Assembly (NCBI GenBank): GCA_030693145.1
Contig: JAUYBI010000015.1
Coordinates: forward strand, 8,619-72,618
Origin: Candidatus Omnitrophota bacterium
GTDB lineage: Bacteria > Omnitrophota > Gorgyraeia > Gygaellales > Profunditerraquicolaceae
Direction of reading: 5' to 3'
DNA length: 64,000 bases
The notes below the pieces were generated by a model, which saw only the letters and a list, made by a program, of their open reading frames with translations, was not told the DNA's origin and did not search any database. Positions 28,826 through 37,555 of the stretch are shown here, piece after piece. Numbering within the stretch: the stretch's first letter is position 1; each line of letters opens with the position of its first letter. A program made the position numbers and the translations under genes.

Positions 28826-29740
28826 ATGAAATTCTCTCCATTATTTTGGCCGATACAATTAAAAGGTAACGTTATTTATATTTTGGATGAGACCCAACTT
28901 CCTCAAAAGCTCGTCTACATAAAGGCGAAGAACTATCTTCAGGCCTGCGCGGCAATTAAACAGATGAAAACCCGCGCCGTGGGGCAGGTGCTCTTGGTAA
29001 TGTATACTTTTCTTTTAAGCAAGCGGCAGAACAAAAATTTAGCCAAAGTTGCCGCAGCGATTAATGCCACGCGGCCGACCTTGTCTTTTAAATTTTTAAC
29101 GGAGATGGTTTTAGGCTGGGAAAAAAGCGGGATGCCATTTGAGAAAAGTATTTTGGGTTTCCTGGAGATGCTTAAAGCCAAGCGTATCGAGCAGGCCGGA
29201 GAGATGGCTAAATTGCTTAAAGACGGCGAAGTGGTCCTTACGCACTGTAATATCAGCGGCCTGATGCCTTTAATTGCCCAGTTTGCTTTAGAGCAGGGCA
29301 AAAAAATAAGTTTCTATGTTACGGAGACGCGGCCATATTTGCAAGGGTCGCGCCTTACTGCCTGGGAAATTATGCGCGCGGGTTTTGAGGTAACCATCAT
29401 TACCGATAATATGGTGGCGTATTTATTATCTTTAGGTAAAGTAACTAAAGTTATCGTCGGAGCAGACCACTTAACCTTAAACGGGGACATCGCCAATAAA
29501 ATCGGCACTTATCAGATGGCGATAGTTGCCAGGTATTTTAAGATCCCTTTTTATGTAATTTGTCCGCCGGCATCGAAATTAAAAAGCGGAAAAGAAATTA
29601 AAATTGAAATCCGTCCGGGCAATGAATTAAAGATTTATCAAGGGCTGCATTTAGCGCCCAAAGAGGTTAAAGCGTATTATCCGGCTTTTGATGTTACGCC
29701 GAATAAGCTTATTACTAAACACATTTATTTAGGGGTGTAA
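28826..29740 (+). CDS. mtnA: Methylthioribose-1-phosphate isomerase-like (divergent)
   Basis: LTHCN, ETRPYLQGSRLTAWE, GADHLTLNGDIANKIGTY, PAFDVTP. Confidence 0.85.
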   Translation: MKFSPLFWPIQLKGNVIYILDETQLPQKLVYIKAKNYLQACAAIKQMKTRAVGQVLLVMYTFLLSKRQNKNLAKVAAAINATRPTLSFKFLTEMVLGWEKSGMPFEKSILGFLEMLKAKRIEQAGEMAKLLKDGEVVLTHCNISGLMPLIAQFALEQGKKISFYVTETRPYLQGSRLTAWEIMRAGFEVTIITDNMVAYLLSLGKVTKVIVGADHLTLNGDIANKIGTYQMAIVARYFKIPFYVICPPASKLKSGKEIKIEIRPGNELKIYQGLHLAPKEVKAYYPAFDVTPNKLITKHIYLGV

Positions 29741-29755
29741 AATAGAGGTGTAGAT

Positions 29756-30751
29756 ATGTCTGAACATGAATTAAGGCTGGAGATAATTAAGGTTGGTAAG
29801 CGGCTTTATACTGCCGGCCTGGCCGTAGCTAAATCCGGAAATTTAAGCGCGCGCCTGGATAACGAGAATATTCTCATTACTGCCACCGGGGCAGCTTTAG
29901 GCCAGTTAAAAGAAAGCGACATCGTTAAGGTTAATTTAGCCAGCGGTAAATCCGAGGCAGGGCCAAACCCCAGCTCTGAGCTGCCTTTGCACAGTTTAGT
30001 CTATAAAAATTTTACGGCTCAGGCGGTAATTCATTGCCACCCTCCTTTAATTAACGGATATTTCGCGGTTACCAAGACACTCAAAGCGATGAGTTTTGAA
30101 ACTAAATTTTATCTCGGGGATATTCCGGTAATTCCCCAGGAAACGCCGACGGTGACGGCTCCGGCGCCGGTGATTGCCGCTTTAAAAACAAATAATCTGG
30201 TTATTCTCAAGAATCACGGGACAGTGGCGATTGCCGATAAGTTCCAAGAAGCGCTTAATATTACTGAAGCATTAGAGGAGGCAGTTAAAAGTGCTGCCAT
30301 TGCCCGCCTGTTTGATAAAAACATCCTGGATGATTTAGACCTGGCTTTAAAAGAGGATTTAAAGCGTAATGATCCGGCCTATACCATGTTTAGCCGTCAG
30401 CATATTCAGGCAATCGTGGATTTAGTTAATCAGGATGAATTTATCGCTCAAAAAGGGAAAGAGTTAGATTTAACTGTAAAATTAGCGATTAAACTTGACG
30501 ATAGCGGAGAGGTTTTTAAATTTAATTTTGAAAAAGGGAAAATCATAAAATTAGATACGGATAGCGATGCCCCTTTTGTCATTTCTGCGCCGGCGTCAGT
30601 CTGGGAGCAGGTATTTTTAGGTAAGTTGGATTCGTTTGTAGCGGTTACCCAGGGCAAGATGAAATTAAGCGGCCAATTAGGCCAGCTTTCTAAATGGTAT
30701 GTTCCATTTAACCGGCTTTTCGCTTTATTTAAAGAGGTGAAGGTCAAATGA
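29756..30751 (+). CDS. Class II aldolase (FucA/MtnB fold) fused to a C-terminal SCP2 lipid-binding domain
   Basis: SGNLSAR, PSSELPLH, HCH, NHG; C-terminal ISAPASVWEQVFLGKLDSFVAVTQGKMKLSG. Confidence 0.85.
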   Translation: MSEHELRLEIIKVGKRLYTAGLAVAKSGNLSARLDNENILITATGAALGQLKESDIVKVNLASGKSEAGPNPSSELPLHSLVYKNFTAQAVIHCHPPLINGYFAVTKTLKAMSFETKFYLGDIPVIPQETPTVTAPAPVIAALKTNNLVILKNHGTVAIADKFQEALNITEALEEAVKSAAIARLFDKNILDDLDLALKEDLKRNDPAYTMFSRQHIQAIVDLVNQDEFIAQKGKELDLTVKLAIKLDDSGEVFKFNFEKGKIIKLDTDSDAPFVISAPASVWEQVFLGKLDSFVAVTQGKMKLSGQLGQLSKWYVPFNRLFALFKEVKVK

Positions 30752-32235
30752 ATTTAAAATGCCCGCTTTATATAAACGGCCAATTTATCGAAACCCCGGA
30801 AAAACAGAATATTGTTAATCCTTCCACCGGCAAAGTAATTGCCGAGGCTTCACTGGCTTCGATAAAAGAGGCAGAGTTGGCTTTATCCGCTGCCCGGGAG
30901 GCTTTTGACTATGGGCCGTGGACGCAATTTTCTTTGTTTGAACGCAAGGAATTTATCTCTAAGCTTGCCCAGGGTATTTTGGATAATGCCGGGATGCTCG
31001 CGGCGCTAGAAACGCAGAATACCGGTAAGCCTATTAAAGAGACTACTTTTATGGATATTCCTTCCAGCGCCAAAACATTTGAATTTATGGCGAATAATTT
31101 TATTGATTATTTGGATAATGAGAAGATTAACGTATCCGCGGACACAAAAGCAGAGTTAATCCGCGAGCCGATGGGGGTGGTAGTTTTAATTATTCCCTGG
31201 AATTATCCGCTTTTAATTGCCTGTTGGAAATTGGCTTCCGCCCTGGCTGCAGGCAATACGGTTATTCTGAAACCTTCCAGCCTTACTCCGCTTACTGCTT
31301 TGGAGCTGGCAAAAATTATCCAGCAGGCCGGTTTTCCTGCTGGAGTGGTGAATATAATTAATGGCAGCGGCGCAAAAATAGGCGAGACACTTTGCGCGGA
31401 TAAGCGCGTAGACATGATTTCTTTTACCGGAAGTAATGAAACAGGCAAACAGATTCTGCAATATTCTTCGAAAAATGTGAAGAAGACGATTATGGAGTTG
31501 GGTGGTAAATCTGCCAGCCTGATATTTAATGATGTGGATTTAGAGGTTGCGGTAAATAGCTCTTTGGCCTCTATTTTTCTAAATCAGGGCCAGATGTGCA
31601 CAGCGATGTCCAGGATTTTCGTACAAGAGGAGATTTACGATAATTTTCTGGCCAGTTTTGCCGAAAAGGCTAAACGCATAAAATTAGGTTTAGCCGATAA
31701 TCCTGAAACCCAGATGGGCCCCTTGATTAGCGACGCGCAGCGTAAAAGAGTAATTGCCTATATTGATAAGGCTAGAGCTGAAGGAGGGCGGGTAGTCTGC
31801 GGCGGGAAAATACCGGAAAACGCGGAATTGATCAATGGCTATTTCTTTGAGCCCACAGTATTAGTGGATGTGAGCACGCATTCGCACATATTTAAAGAAG
31901 AGGTTTTTGGCCCGGTAGTTTTGATGCATAAGTTTTCCGGATCGGATGAGGCGGCAAGTTTAGCCAACAGCGTGGATTTTGGTTTGGCCTGTTGCATCTG
32001 GAGTAAGGATCTACTTCTAGCGCAGGAGTTAGCCGGTAAGATAAATGCCGGCACGGTTTGGATTAATACTTATGGCATGTTTTACAATGAGCTTGCTTAT
32101 GGCGGATTCAAGCAGAGCGGTTTTGGCAAGGAGTTAGGGCGTGAAGGGTTTCTGGAGTATGTCCGTTTTAAGAATGTAATTGTAGATCAGTCGCCCGAAG
32201 GCAAACCGCTGGTTAATTACTGGTATGGATTTTAA
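30748..32235 (+). CDS. NAD(P)-dependent aldehyde dehydrogenase
   Basis: PWNYP, FTGS, MELGGKS, NQGQMC, EEVFGPV, GGFKQSG. Confidence 0.95.
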   Translation: MNLKCPLYINGQFIETPEKQNIVNPSTGKVIAEASLASIKEAELALSAAREAFDYGPWTQFSLFERKEFISKLAQGILDNAGMLAALETQNTGKPIKETTFMDIPSSAKTFEFMANNFIDYLDNEKINVSADTKAELIREPMGVVVLIIPWNYPLLIACWKLASALAAGNTVILKPSSLTPLTALELAKIIQQAGFPAGVVNIINGSGAKIGETLCADKRVDMISFTGSNETGKQILQYSSKNVKKTIMELGGKSASLIFNDVDLEVAVNSSLASIFLNQGQMCTAMSRIFVQEEIYDNFLASFAEKAKRIKLGLADNPETQMGPLISDAQRKRVIAYIDKARAEGGRVVCGGKIPENAELINGYFFEPTVLVDVSTHSHIFKEEVFGPVVLMHKFSGSDEAASLANSVDFGLACCIWSKDLLLAQELAGKINAGTVWINTYGMFYNELAYGGFKQSGFGKELGREGFLEYVRFKNVIVDQSPEGKPLVNYWYGF

Positions 32236-33758
32236 TGAATGTCGTTAATGTTTTAGAAGAGTGCGCTAAAATCTACGCGCATAAATCGGCGATTATCTTT
32301 CGCCAGGAGCAGCTTTCCTTTGTCCAGTTAAGAGATAAAGTCTTTGCTCTTGGCCAGGCCCTGCTTAAGCTGGGGGTAAAGCCCGGAGACAGGGTTGCAA
32401 TTTATCTTCCCAACTGGCCGGAATATGTTTTAAGTTATTTGGCTATTTGGTCCATCGGCGCATGCAGTGTGCCTTTGGATTTTATGCTTACGGAAGATGA
32501 AATACTTTCCTGCCTGGACCACTCCGAGGCCAAAATCCTGATCACTAAACACAAGGCTAATATTTCATTTGCGCAGCTTAAGGCAAAATTACCTTCATTG
32601 AAGAATATTATATCCTGCCAATCAGAAGATCAGGAAAGTTTAAGTTTTGAAAAACTTCTGGCAGAGGGGAGGAGTTGTTCTCCCGAGGTAAAGATTGATG
32701 AAAGGGATTGCGCCATAATTTTTTATACCTCCGGTACTACCGGTAAGCCCAAGGGCGTTTTAATCAGCTATGTTCAGCTGGATGCGCCGCCAAAATCCAT
32801 GGCTTTTTTTGTGAATTCGGATTTAAGTGCAAAAGATACCGCGCTCTGTGCTTTGCCATTTTCGCATTTAGGGGGATTGATTTATATCCAGAATACGATT
32901 ACCTTCGGGCTGACCCTGGTGTTGATGGAGCGTTTTATGCCGCTGGATTTTTTAAGGAACATCCAGAATTATAAAGTTAATTTTTTCTGGATTGTCCCTT
33001 CGATGTATTACGCGCTTTTGCAATTGAAAGAGTTTGAAACCTTTGATTTATCCAGTTTGCGCTGGATTGTGACTTTTGGCGCGTCGAATTCACCGGAGGC
33101 TTTGCGCCGGTTCCAGCAATTCTGCCCGCAGGCCTGCTTGTTAAATGGCTGGGGCTTAACTGAGACCAATGCTCCGACGGTAGTTTTACCGATGGGTTCA
33201 AAGAATATCGAAAGCGTGGGCCGTCCGGCGCCCTGGATTGTGGTTAAGATATTTTCAGATAGCGGCCAAGAGCTGCCTGTTGGCCAGATAGGTGAGGTAG
33301 TAGTAAAAAGCTGGGTAGTAACCCAGGGATATTTTAAGGATACAAAGTTAACACAGGAAACTATTCGCAATGGTTGGTTTCACACCGGAGACCTGGGTAG
33401 GTTTGACGCAGAAGGCTTTCTTTATATCGTGGGCAGAAAAAAAGAGATGATTAAAGTTAGCGGAGAGATTGTTTTTGAGCCGGAGGTAGAGGCGAGTTTG
33501 CAAAAACATCCGGATGTTGCTGAGGCAGCCGTAATCGGGATAGCGGATAAATTAAGAGGAGAGGTACCCAAAGCCTTTGTGGTAGTCAAAGAAGGAAAAA
33601 GTATTTCCACGGAAGAGTTGCGTTATTTCCTGCGCCAGCATCTGGCGCATTTTAAGATTCCGCATTATTTTGAATTTTGCGACTCACTTCCTAAGAACCG
33701 TGTTGGTAAAATTGATAAGGAGCAGTTGAGTAAGTTAGATTATAATAAATCCTGCTGA
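32235..33758 (+). CDS. Acyl-CoA/acyl-ACP ligase (ANL adenylating enzyme)
   Basis: YTSGTTGKPKG, GWGLTE, HTGDLG, LPKNRVGKI. Confidence 0.92.
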   Translation: MNVVNVLEECAKIYAHKSAIIFRQEQLSFVQLRDKVFALGQALLKLGVKPGDRVAIYLPNWPEYVLSYLAIWSIGACSVPLDFMLTEDEILSCLDHSEAKILITKHKANISFAQLKAKLPSLKNIISCQSEDQESLSFEKLLAEGRSCSPEVKIDERDCAIIFYTSGTTGKPKGVLISYVQLDAPPKSMAFFVNSDLSAKDTALCALPFSHLGGLIYIQNTITFGLTLVLMERFMPLDFLRNIQNYKVNFFWIVPSMYYALLQLKEFETFDLSSLRWIVTFGASNSPEALRRFQQFCPQACLLNGWGLTETNAPTVVLPMGSKNIESVGRPAPWIVVKIFSDSGQELPVGQIGEVVVKSWVVTQGYFKDTKLTQETIRNGWFHTGDLGRFDAEGFLYIVGRKKEMIKVSGEIVFEPEVEASLQKHPDVAEAAVIGIADKLRGEVPKAFVVVKEGKSISTEELRYFLRQHLAHFKIPHYFEFCDSLPKNRVGKIDKEQLSKLDYNKSC

Positions 33759-33849
33759 CTTTTGTTAATTATTAATTACAGTAGGGGAGGTTTAAACCTC
33801 CCCTACTGTTGAAAGGCAGGTTTTGAGTAAAGAACCGTCCCTGATTATT

Positions 33850-34875
33850 ATGCAAGACATTAAGGAGTTAAGCTTAAAAGAGCTGGAAGATAAATTACTC
33901 TCCTGGGGGAGCCCTAAATATTATGCTCGGGGGATATACGATTGGATTTATCAGAAAGGCGCTTATGAGTTTAGCCAAATGAGCAATTTGCCCGCTCCTT
34001 TAAGGAAGGCCTTAACTGATGAATTCAATATTTTAAACTTAAGGTTGGCGGATTTACGGGAGTCTGGCGACGGAACAACTAAATTTCTTTTGGAGTTAAC
34101 GGATAAGAACCTGGTGGAAGCAGTAAATATTCCCGCGCTCAAGCGTGCCACCGGATGTATTTCATCGCAGGTGGGTTGTAAATTTGGCTGCAATTTTTGC
34201 GCCAGCGCTTTAGGAGGGTTTAAGCGCAATTTAACAACCAGTGAAATTTTAGAGGAGGTACTTTATTTAAAGAATAACCTAAAAGCAGGCCAGCTGACGC
34301 ATATCGTATTTATGGGCACCGGTGAGCCGTTGGATAATTATGAAAACGTGCTGGGCGCAATCCGCCGGATTAATTCGCCGCTGGCTTTTAATATCGGAGC
34401 CAGGCGGATTACTGTTTCTACCTGCGGGATTATTCCGGGAATAGAAAGGCTTGCTCTTGAGGATTTGCAGATAGAGTTTTCCATATCTTTGCATGCCGCT
34501 GATGATAAAACCCGCAGCCAGCTTATGCCGGTAAATAATAAGTATCCCTTGGCCGCACTGATTAAGTGTTGTCAGGAATATATTGCCAAAACTAACCGCC
34601 AGATTACTTTTGAGTATATTTTAATTAAGGGGGTTAATGCGGATTTAACGGCAGCGCAAAATTTAGTCAGGCTGCTTGAGGATTTAAGATTAGCTAAAGT
34701 TAATTTAATTCCGGCAAATTCCATACCGGAATCAAGGATCAATCCCGCGGATAGCGCGCAGGTGATTTCTTTTAAAGAATATTTACTTAAAGCCGGGCTG
34801 AATGTGACCTTAAGGCGCCCGCGCGGGCAAGATATCGATGCGGCCTGCGGACAACTGAGGTTAAGGCATGAATAG
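33850..34875 (+). CDS. rlmN: 23S rRNA/tRNA m2A methyltransferase RlmN
   Basis: CISSQVGCKFGCNFC, FMGTGEPL, SLHA, DIDAACGQL. Confidence 0.95.
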   Translation: MQDIKELSLKELEDKLLSWGSPKYYARGIYDWIYQKGAYEFSQMSNLPAPLRKALTDEFNILNLRLADLRESGDGTTKFLLELTDKNLVEAVNIPALKRATGCISSQVGCKFGCNFCASALGGFKRNLTTSEILEEVLYLKNNLKAGQLTHIVFMGTGEPLDNYENVLGAIRRINSPLAFNIGARRITVSTCGIIPGIERLALEDLQIEFSISLHAADDKTRSQLMPVNNKYPLAALIKCCQEYIAKTNRQITFEYILIKGVNADLTAAQNLVRLLEDLRLAKVNLIPANSIPESRINPADSAQVISFKEYLLKAGLNVTLRRPRGQDIDAACGQLRLRHE

Positions 34876-35602
34876 GATTAATTCAGTTATTACTGAAAAA
34901 CCCATTTTTCCATCTGCTGTCATTCTGAGGAACCCCGCCTTTGGCGGGGCGACGAAGAATCTCTTGAGATCCTTCGTCGCTTTGCTCCTCAGGATGACGA
35001 AAAGGGGTTTTTTAGTAATTATTTTGAGTATTTTTTTATCTGGCTGCGTGAAACATGAGATTAGAAATCTTGATGCTCAAGGCGCAAGTATTATTTGTTT
35101 CGGGGACAGCATTACTTTTGGCTACGGAGCAAACCCGGGAGAAGATTATCCCACAGCTTTGAGGAAATTGGTTAATTTACCGGTTATTAATGCCGGCGTT
35201 GACGGAGATACCACCTTTGCCGCTTTAGAGCGCTTAGAAAATGATGTTTTAGCTAAAAAGCCGCGTCTGGTTATCGTGGAGTTTTGCGGGAATGATTTTC
35301 TTAAAAAAATTCCTAAGGAAAATACGGTTAAAAATTTAGCTCAAATTATTGAGCGCATTCAGGAAAAGGGCGCGATGGTGGCTTTGGTGGATATTAGCGC
35401 GGGGATGTTCTTTTGGGAGTATGGAGTAGCTTTTAAAAAGTTAGCTGCCGAGAAAAGGGCAATATTTATTCCTGTAATTTTAAATAGGATTATTACTAAC
35501 CCGGCGATGAAAAGCGATTTTTTCCATCCGAATGCCCGCGGTTATCAAATTATTGCCAAGCGCATCTACCGGGTAATCGCCGCTTATATCCAGGATAAAT
35601 AA
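34868..35602 (+). CDS. GDSL/SGNH esterase lipoprotein with an in-frame palindromic insertion in its signal peptide
   Basis: LSGC lipobox, FGDSIT, NAGVDGDTT, GND, DFFHPN. Confidence 0.85.
   Translation: MNRINSVITEKPIFPSAVILRNPAFGGATKNLLRSFVALLLRMTKRGFLVIILSIFLSGCVKHEIRNLDAQGASIICFGDSITFGYGANPGEDYPTALRKLVNLPVINAGVDGDTTFAALERLENDVLAKKPRLVIVEFCGNDFLKKIPKENTVKNLAQIIERIQEKGAMVALVDISAGMFFWEYGVAFKKLAAEKRAIFIPVILNRIITNPAMKSDFFHPNARGYQIIAKRIYRVIAAYIQDK
34889..35019. repeat. Composite palindromic element (GTCATTCTGAGG...CCTCAGGATGAC core, 34919-34998) inside a CDS
   Basis: Outer IR ATTACTGAAAAACCC/GGGTTTTTTAGTAAT; inner GACGAAGAATCTC/GAGATCCTTCGTC and CCCCGCC/GGCGGGG hairpins. Confidence 0.85.
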
Positions 35603-35623
35603 TAGAGCCAGTTAAAAATTTAA

Positions 35624-35706
35624 TGCTGGAGGAGGGAGTTGAACCCTCACGGAGTTGCCCCCATCGGTTTTTGAGACCGACGTGTATGCCATTCCACCAC
35701 TCCAGC
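35624..35706 (-). tRNA. tRNA-Leu(CAA)
   Basis: GCTGGAG/CTCCAGC acceptor stem, GGTGGAATGG D arm, TCGGT-CTCAAAA-ACCGA anticodon arm, long variable arm, GGTTCAACTCC T arm. Confidence 0.95.
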
Positions 35707-35719
35707 AAAGATTTTTAAG

Positions 35720-35748
35720 TTGACGCTAAGCATTTTATATTCTAAAAT
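35720..35748 (+). promoter_or_regulatory. Sigma70 promoter for tRNA-Ala
   Basis: TTGACG-17 bp-TAAAAT. Confidence 0.55.
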
Positions 35749-35756
35749 AGCAAAGG

Positions 35757-36527
35757 TCAATAGATAAATTTTTGGGGCTGTAGCTCAGCTGGGACGAGCA
35801 TTTGCCTGGCAGGCAAAGGGTCGAGGGTTCGATCCCCTCCAGCTCCACTTTTTATAATTATTTCGCCAATCGACTGTAGCTTAAACTGAAGGTTAGTGCT
35901 TAGGTAATGTACGGCGCATATCCCTTTGTAGTCTTTCTTTAAAGTAGGTTTTCCTTTTGTACGGCTATCCGGTTTGCTCTTGTAAAAATTATGTAAAGGT
36001 ATCCCCGTTATATTCGACCAATATTTATTGAGTTTTTTTAAGTTTTGGTCGTATCTACACATTATCCTACAACGTAATTTTCCTTCATCAATATTAAAAG
36101 AGTTTCTTAATAAATTAATAAAGCAACGTATTATCCAGGGATCAGAATTACCAAAAACCAAACATCTGGTAGAAGGATATTTTGATCCTTCGCAAAGATA
36201 AAGAATACCACAGATAAGTTTTCCGAGTTTCGGATTTTCAAGGGAGATATTTTCAAAATGTTTTACAGAATTTTGGATATTTTCTTTCCATTGCTGAATT
36301 TTTCGGCGGTTCGCGGCAACAGCTAAGGGCCTTCCGGTTGCCGCGGAATTGATTATTTTTGTTTTTATCCGCTCTTCTTGTTGTTTAGTCATCTTGATAT
36401 CATTAACCCAACTGGAAATAGTATTCTTTGGGATTCTCATTTTTAGGTTAATTTCACCTACGGACCAACCTTTAAGCCTTAAATTTCGCGCTCTTTGTTT
36501 AGTTATTTTCGAATATACCTTTGACAT
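35757..36527 (-). CDS. HTH + LAGLIDADG-like protein, tRNA-adjacent; C-terminus overlaps tRNA-Ala antisense
   Basis: N-terminal HTH (LRLKGWSVGEI...PKNTISSW), ICGILYLCEGSK helix, FGNSDP, YWSNITGIP; RBS AAGGAGG. Confidence 0.7.
   Translation of the reverse strand: MSKVYSKITKQRARNLRLKGWSVGEINLKMRIPKNTISSWVNDIKMTKQQEERIKTKIINSAATGRPLAVAANRRKIQQWKENIQNSVKHFENISLENPKLGKLICGILYLCEGSKYPSTRCLVFGNSDPWIIRCFINLLRNSFNIDEGKLRCRIMCRYDQNLKKLNKYWSNITGIPLHNFYKSKPDSRTKGKPTLKKDYKGICAVHYLSTNLQFKLQSIGEIIIKSGAGGDRTLDPLPARQMLVPAELQPQKFIY
35774..35847 (+). tRNA. tRNA-Ala(GGC)
   Basis: GGGGCTG/CAGCTCC with G3:U70, TTTGC-CTGGCAG-GCAAA anticodon arm, GAGGG-TTCGATC-CCCTC. Confidence 0.93.
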
Positions 36528-36595
36528 TTGCCCTCCTTTGTAAATGAGTTCCTATTAACAATAGACGTAATTAATAGTAGTTTCTAACTATAACC

Positions 36596-36624
36596 TTGAC
36601 GCTCATTTTAGGAGGGGGTATAAT
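36596..36624 (+). promoter_or_regulatory. Sigma70 promoter, near-leaderless nfo
   Basis: TTGACG-17 bp-TATAAT ending 10 nt before the ATG. Confidence 0.6.
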
Positions 36625-36633
36625 CTAAGCATT

Positions 36634-37482
36634 ATGATTCTAGGCGTGCATGTTTCTGGAGCAGGGAAGATTTACCAGGCGTTGGATATCGCCCATGATT
36701 TAGGGTGCGCTACGATGCAGATCTTCAGCCGCTCCCCGCAGTCCTGGCGTAACGGCGCTCAGATTGCTCCCGAAGATATTAAGGAATTTATTGCCCGGCG
36801 CAAGAAATATAAAATCAACCCGGTTTTTCTCCATATATCTTACCTGATTAATTTAGCTTCCCCTGATGCGCGCCTCTACCACGGCTCTATTCAGGCTTAT
36901 ATCGAGGATATCCAGGAGGCGGATAAGTTAGGAGCGGATTATATTGTTACGCATATGGGCAGCCATAAGGAAACTTCCGAAGATGCCGGGATTAAGCGGT
37001 TGATTGAGGCGCTAAATAAAATAATCGAAAAGACTAAAAGTTCTAAAGTCGGAATATTATTGGAAAATACTTCCGGAAGCGGATCCTGGCTGGGCTATAG
37101 ATTCTATCATCAGCATAAAATTATCAAGGGCATCAAAGAAAAATCCCGCGTAGGTTTGTGCCTGGACACCGCCCATGCTTATTTGGCCGGTTACAATCTG
37201 TCGACCAAAGCCGGGCTTGATAAAATGATTGATGAAATTGATGAGATGGCCGGGACAAAATTAATTAAGCTCATCCACCTTAATGATGCCGCCGGAGAGC
37301 TGGGCTGCCACCATGACCGGCACGACCATATCGGCCAGGGACACATTGGCCTGGCGGGGATGAAAAGAATTATCAATCATCCTAAATTAAAGAATATCCC
37401 GATGATTTTAGAGACACCTAAAAGCACTCCAGACAGCGATAAAGAAAATTTAGCATTAGTGAGAAAATTAAACCGAAATTAA
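36634..37482 (+). CDS. nfo: Endonuclease IV
   Basis: LGVHVS, QIFSRSP, HISYLINLAS, LLENT, CLDTAH, HLND, DRHDHIG, ILETP. Confidence 0.95.
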   Translation: MILGVHVSGAGKIYQALDIAHDLGCATMQIFSRSPQSWRNGAQIAPEDIKEFIARRKKYKINPVFLHISYLINLASPDARLYHGSIQAYIEDIQEADKLGADYIVTHMGSHKETSEDAGIKRLIEALNKIIEKTKSSKVGILLENTSGSGSWLGYRFYHQHKIIKGIKEKSRVGLCLDTAHAYLAGYNLSTKAGLDKMIDEIDEMAGTKLIKLIHLNDAAGELGCHHDRHDHIGQGHIGLAGMKRIINHPKLKNIPMILETPKSTPDSDKENLALVRKLNRN

Positions 37483-37555
37483 ATTATTATCAGTAGTAGG
37501 GGAGGTTTAAACCTCCCCTACTGAGAGATGTATAATTTAATAGCAATAAAATAAA

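Noticed and set aside
35848-36600. Integrative element at tRNA-Ala with attR
   Set aside because: No duplicated tRNA 3' end or integrase found
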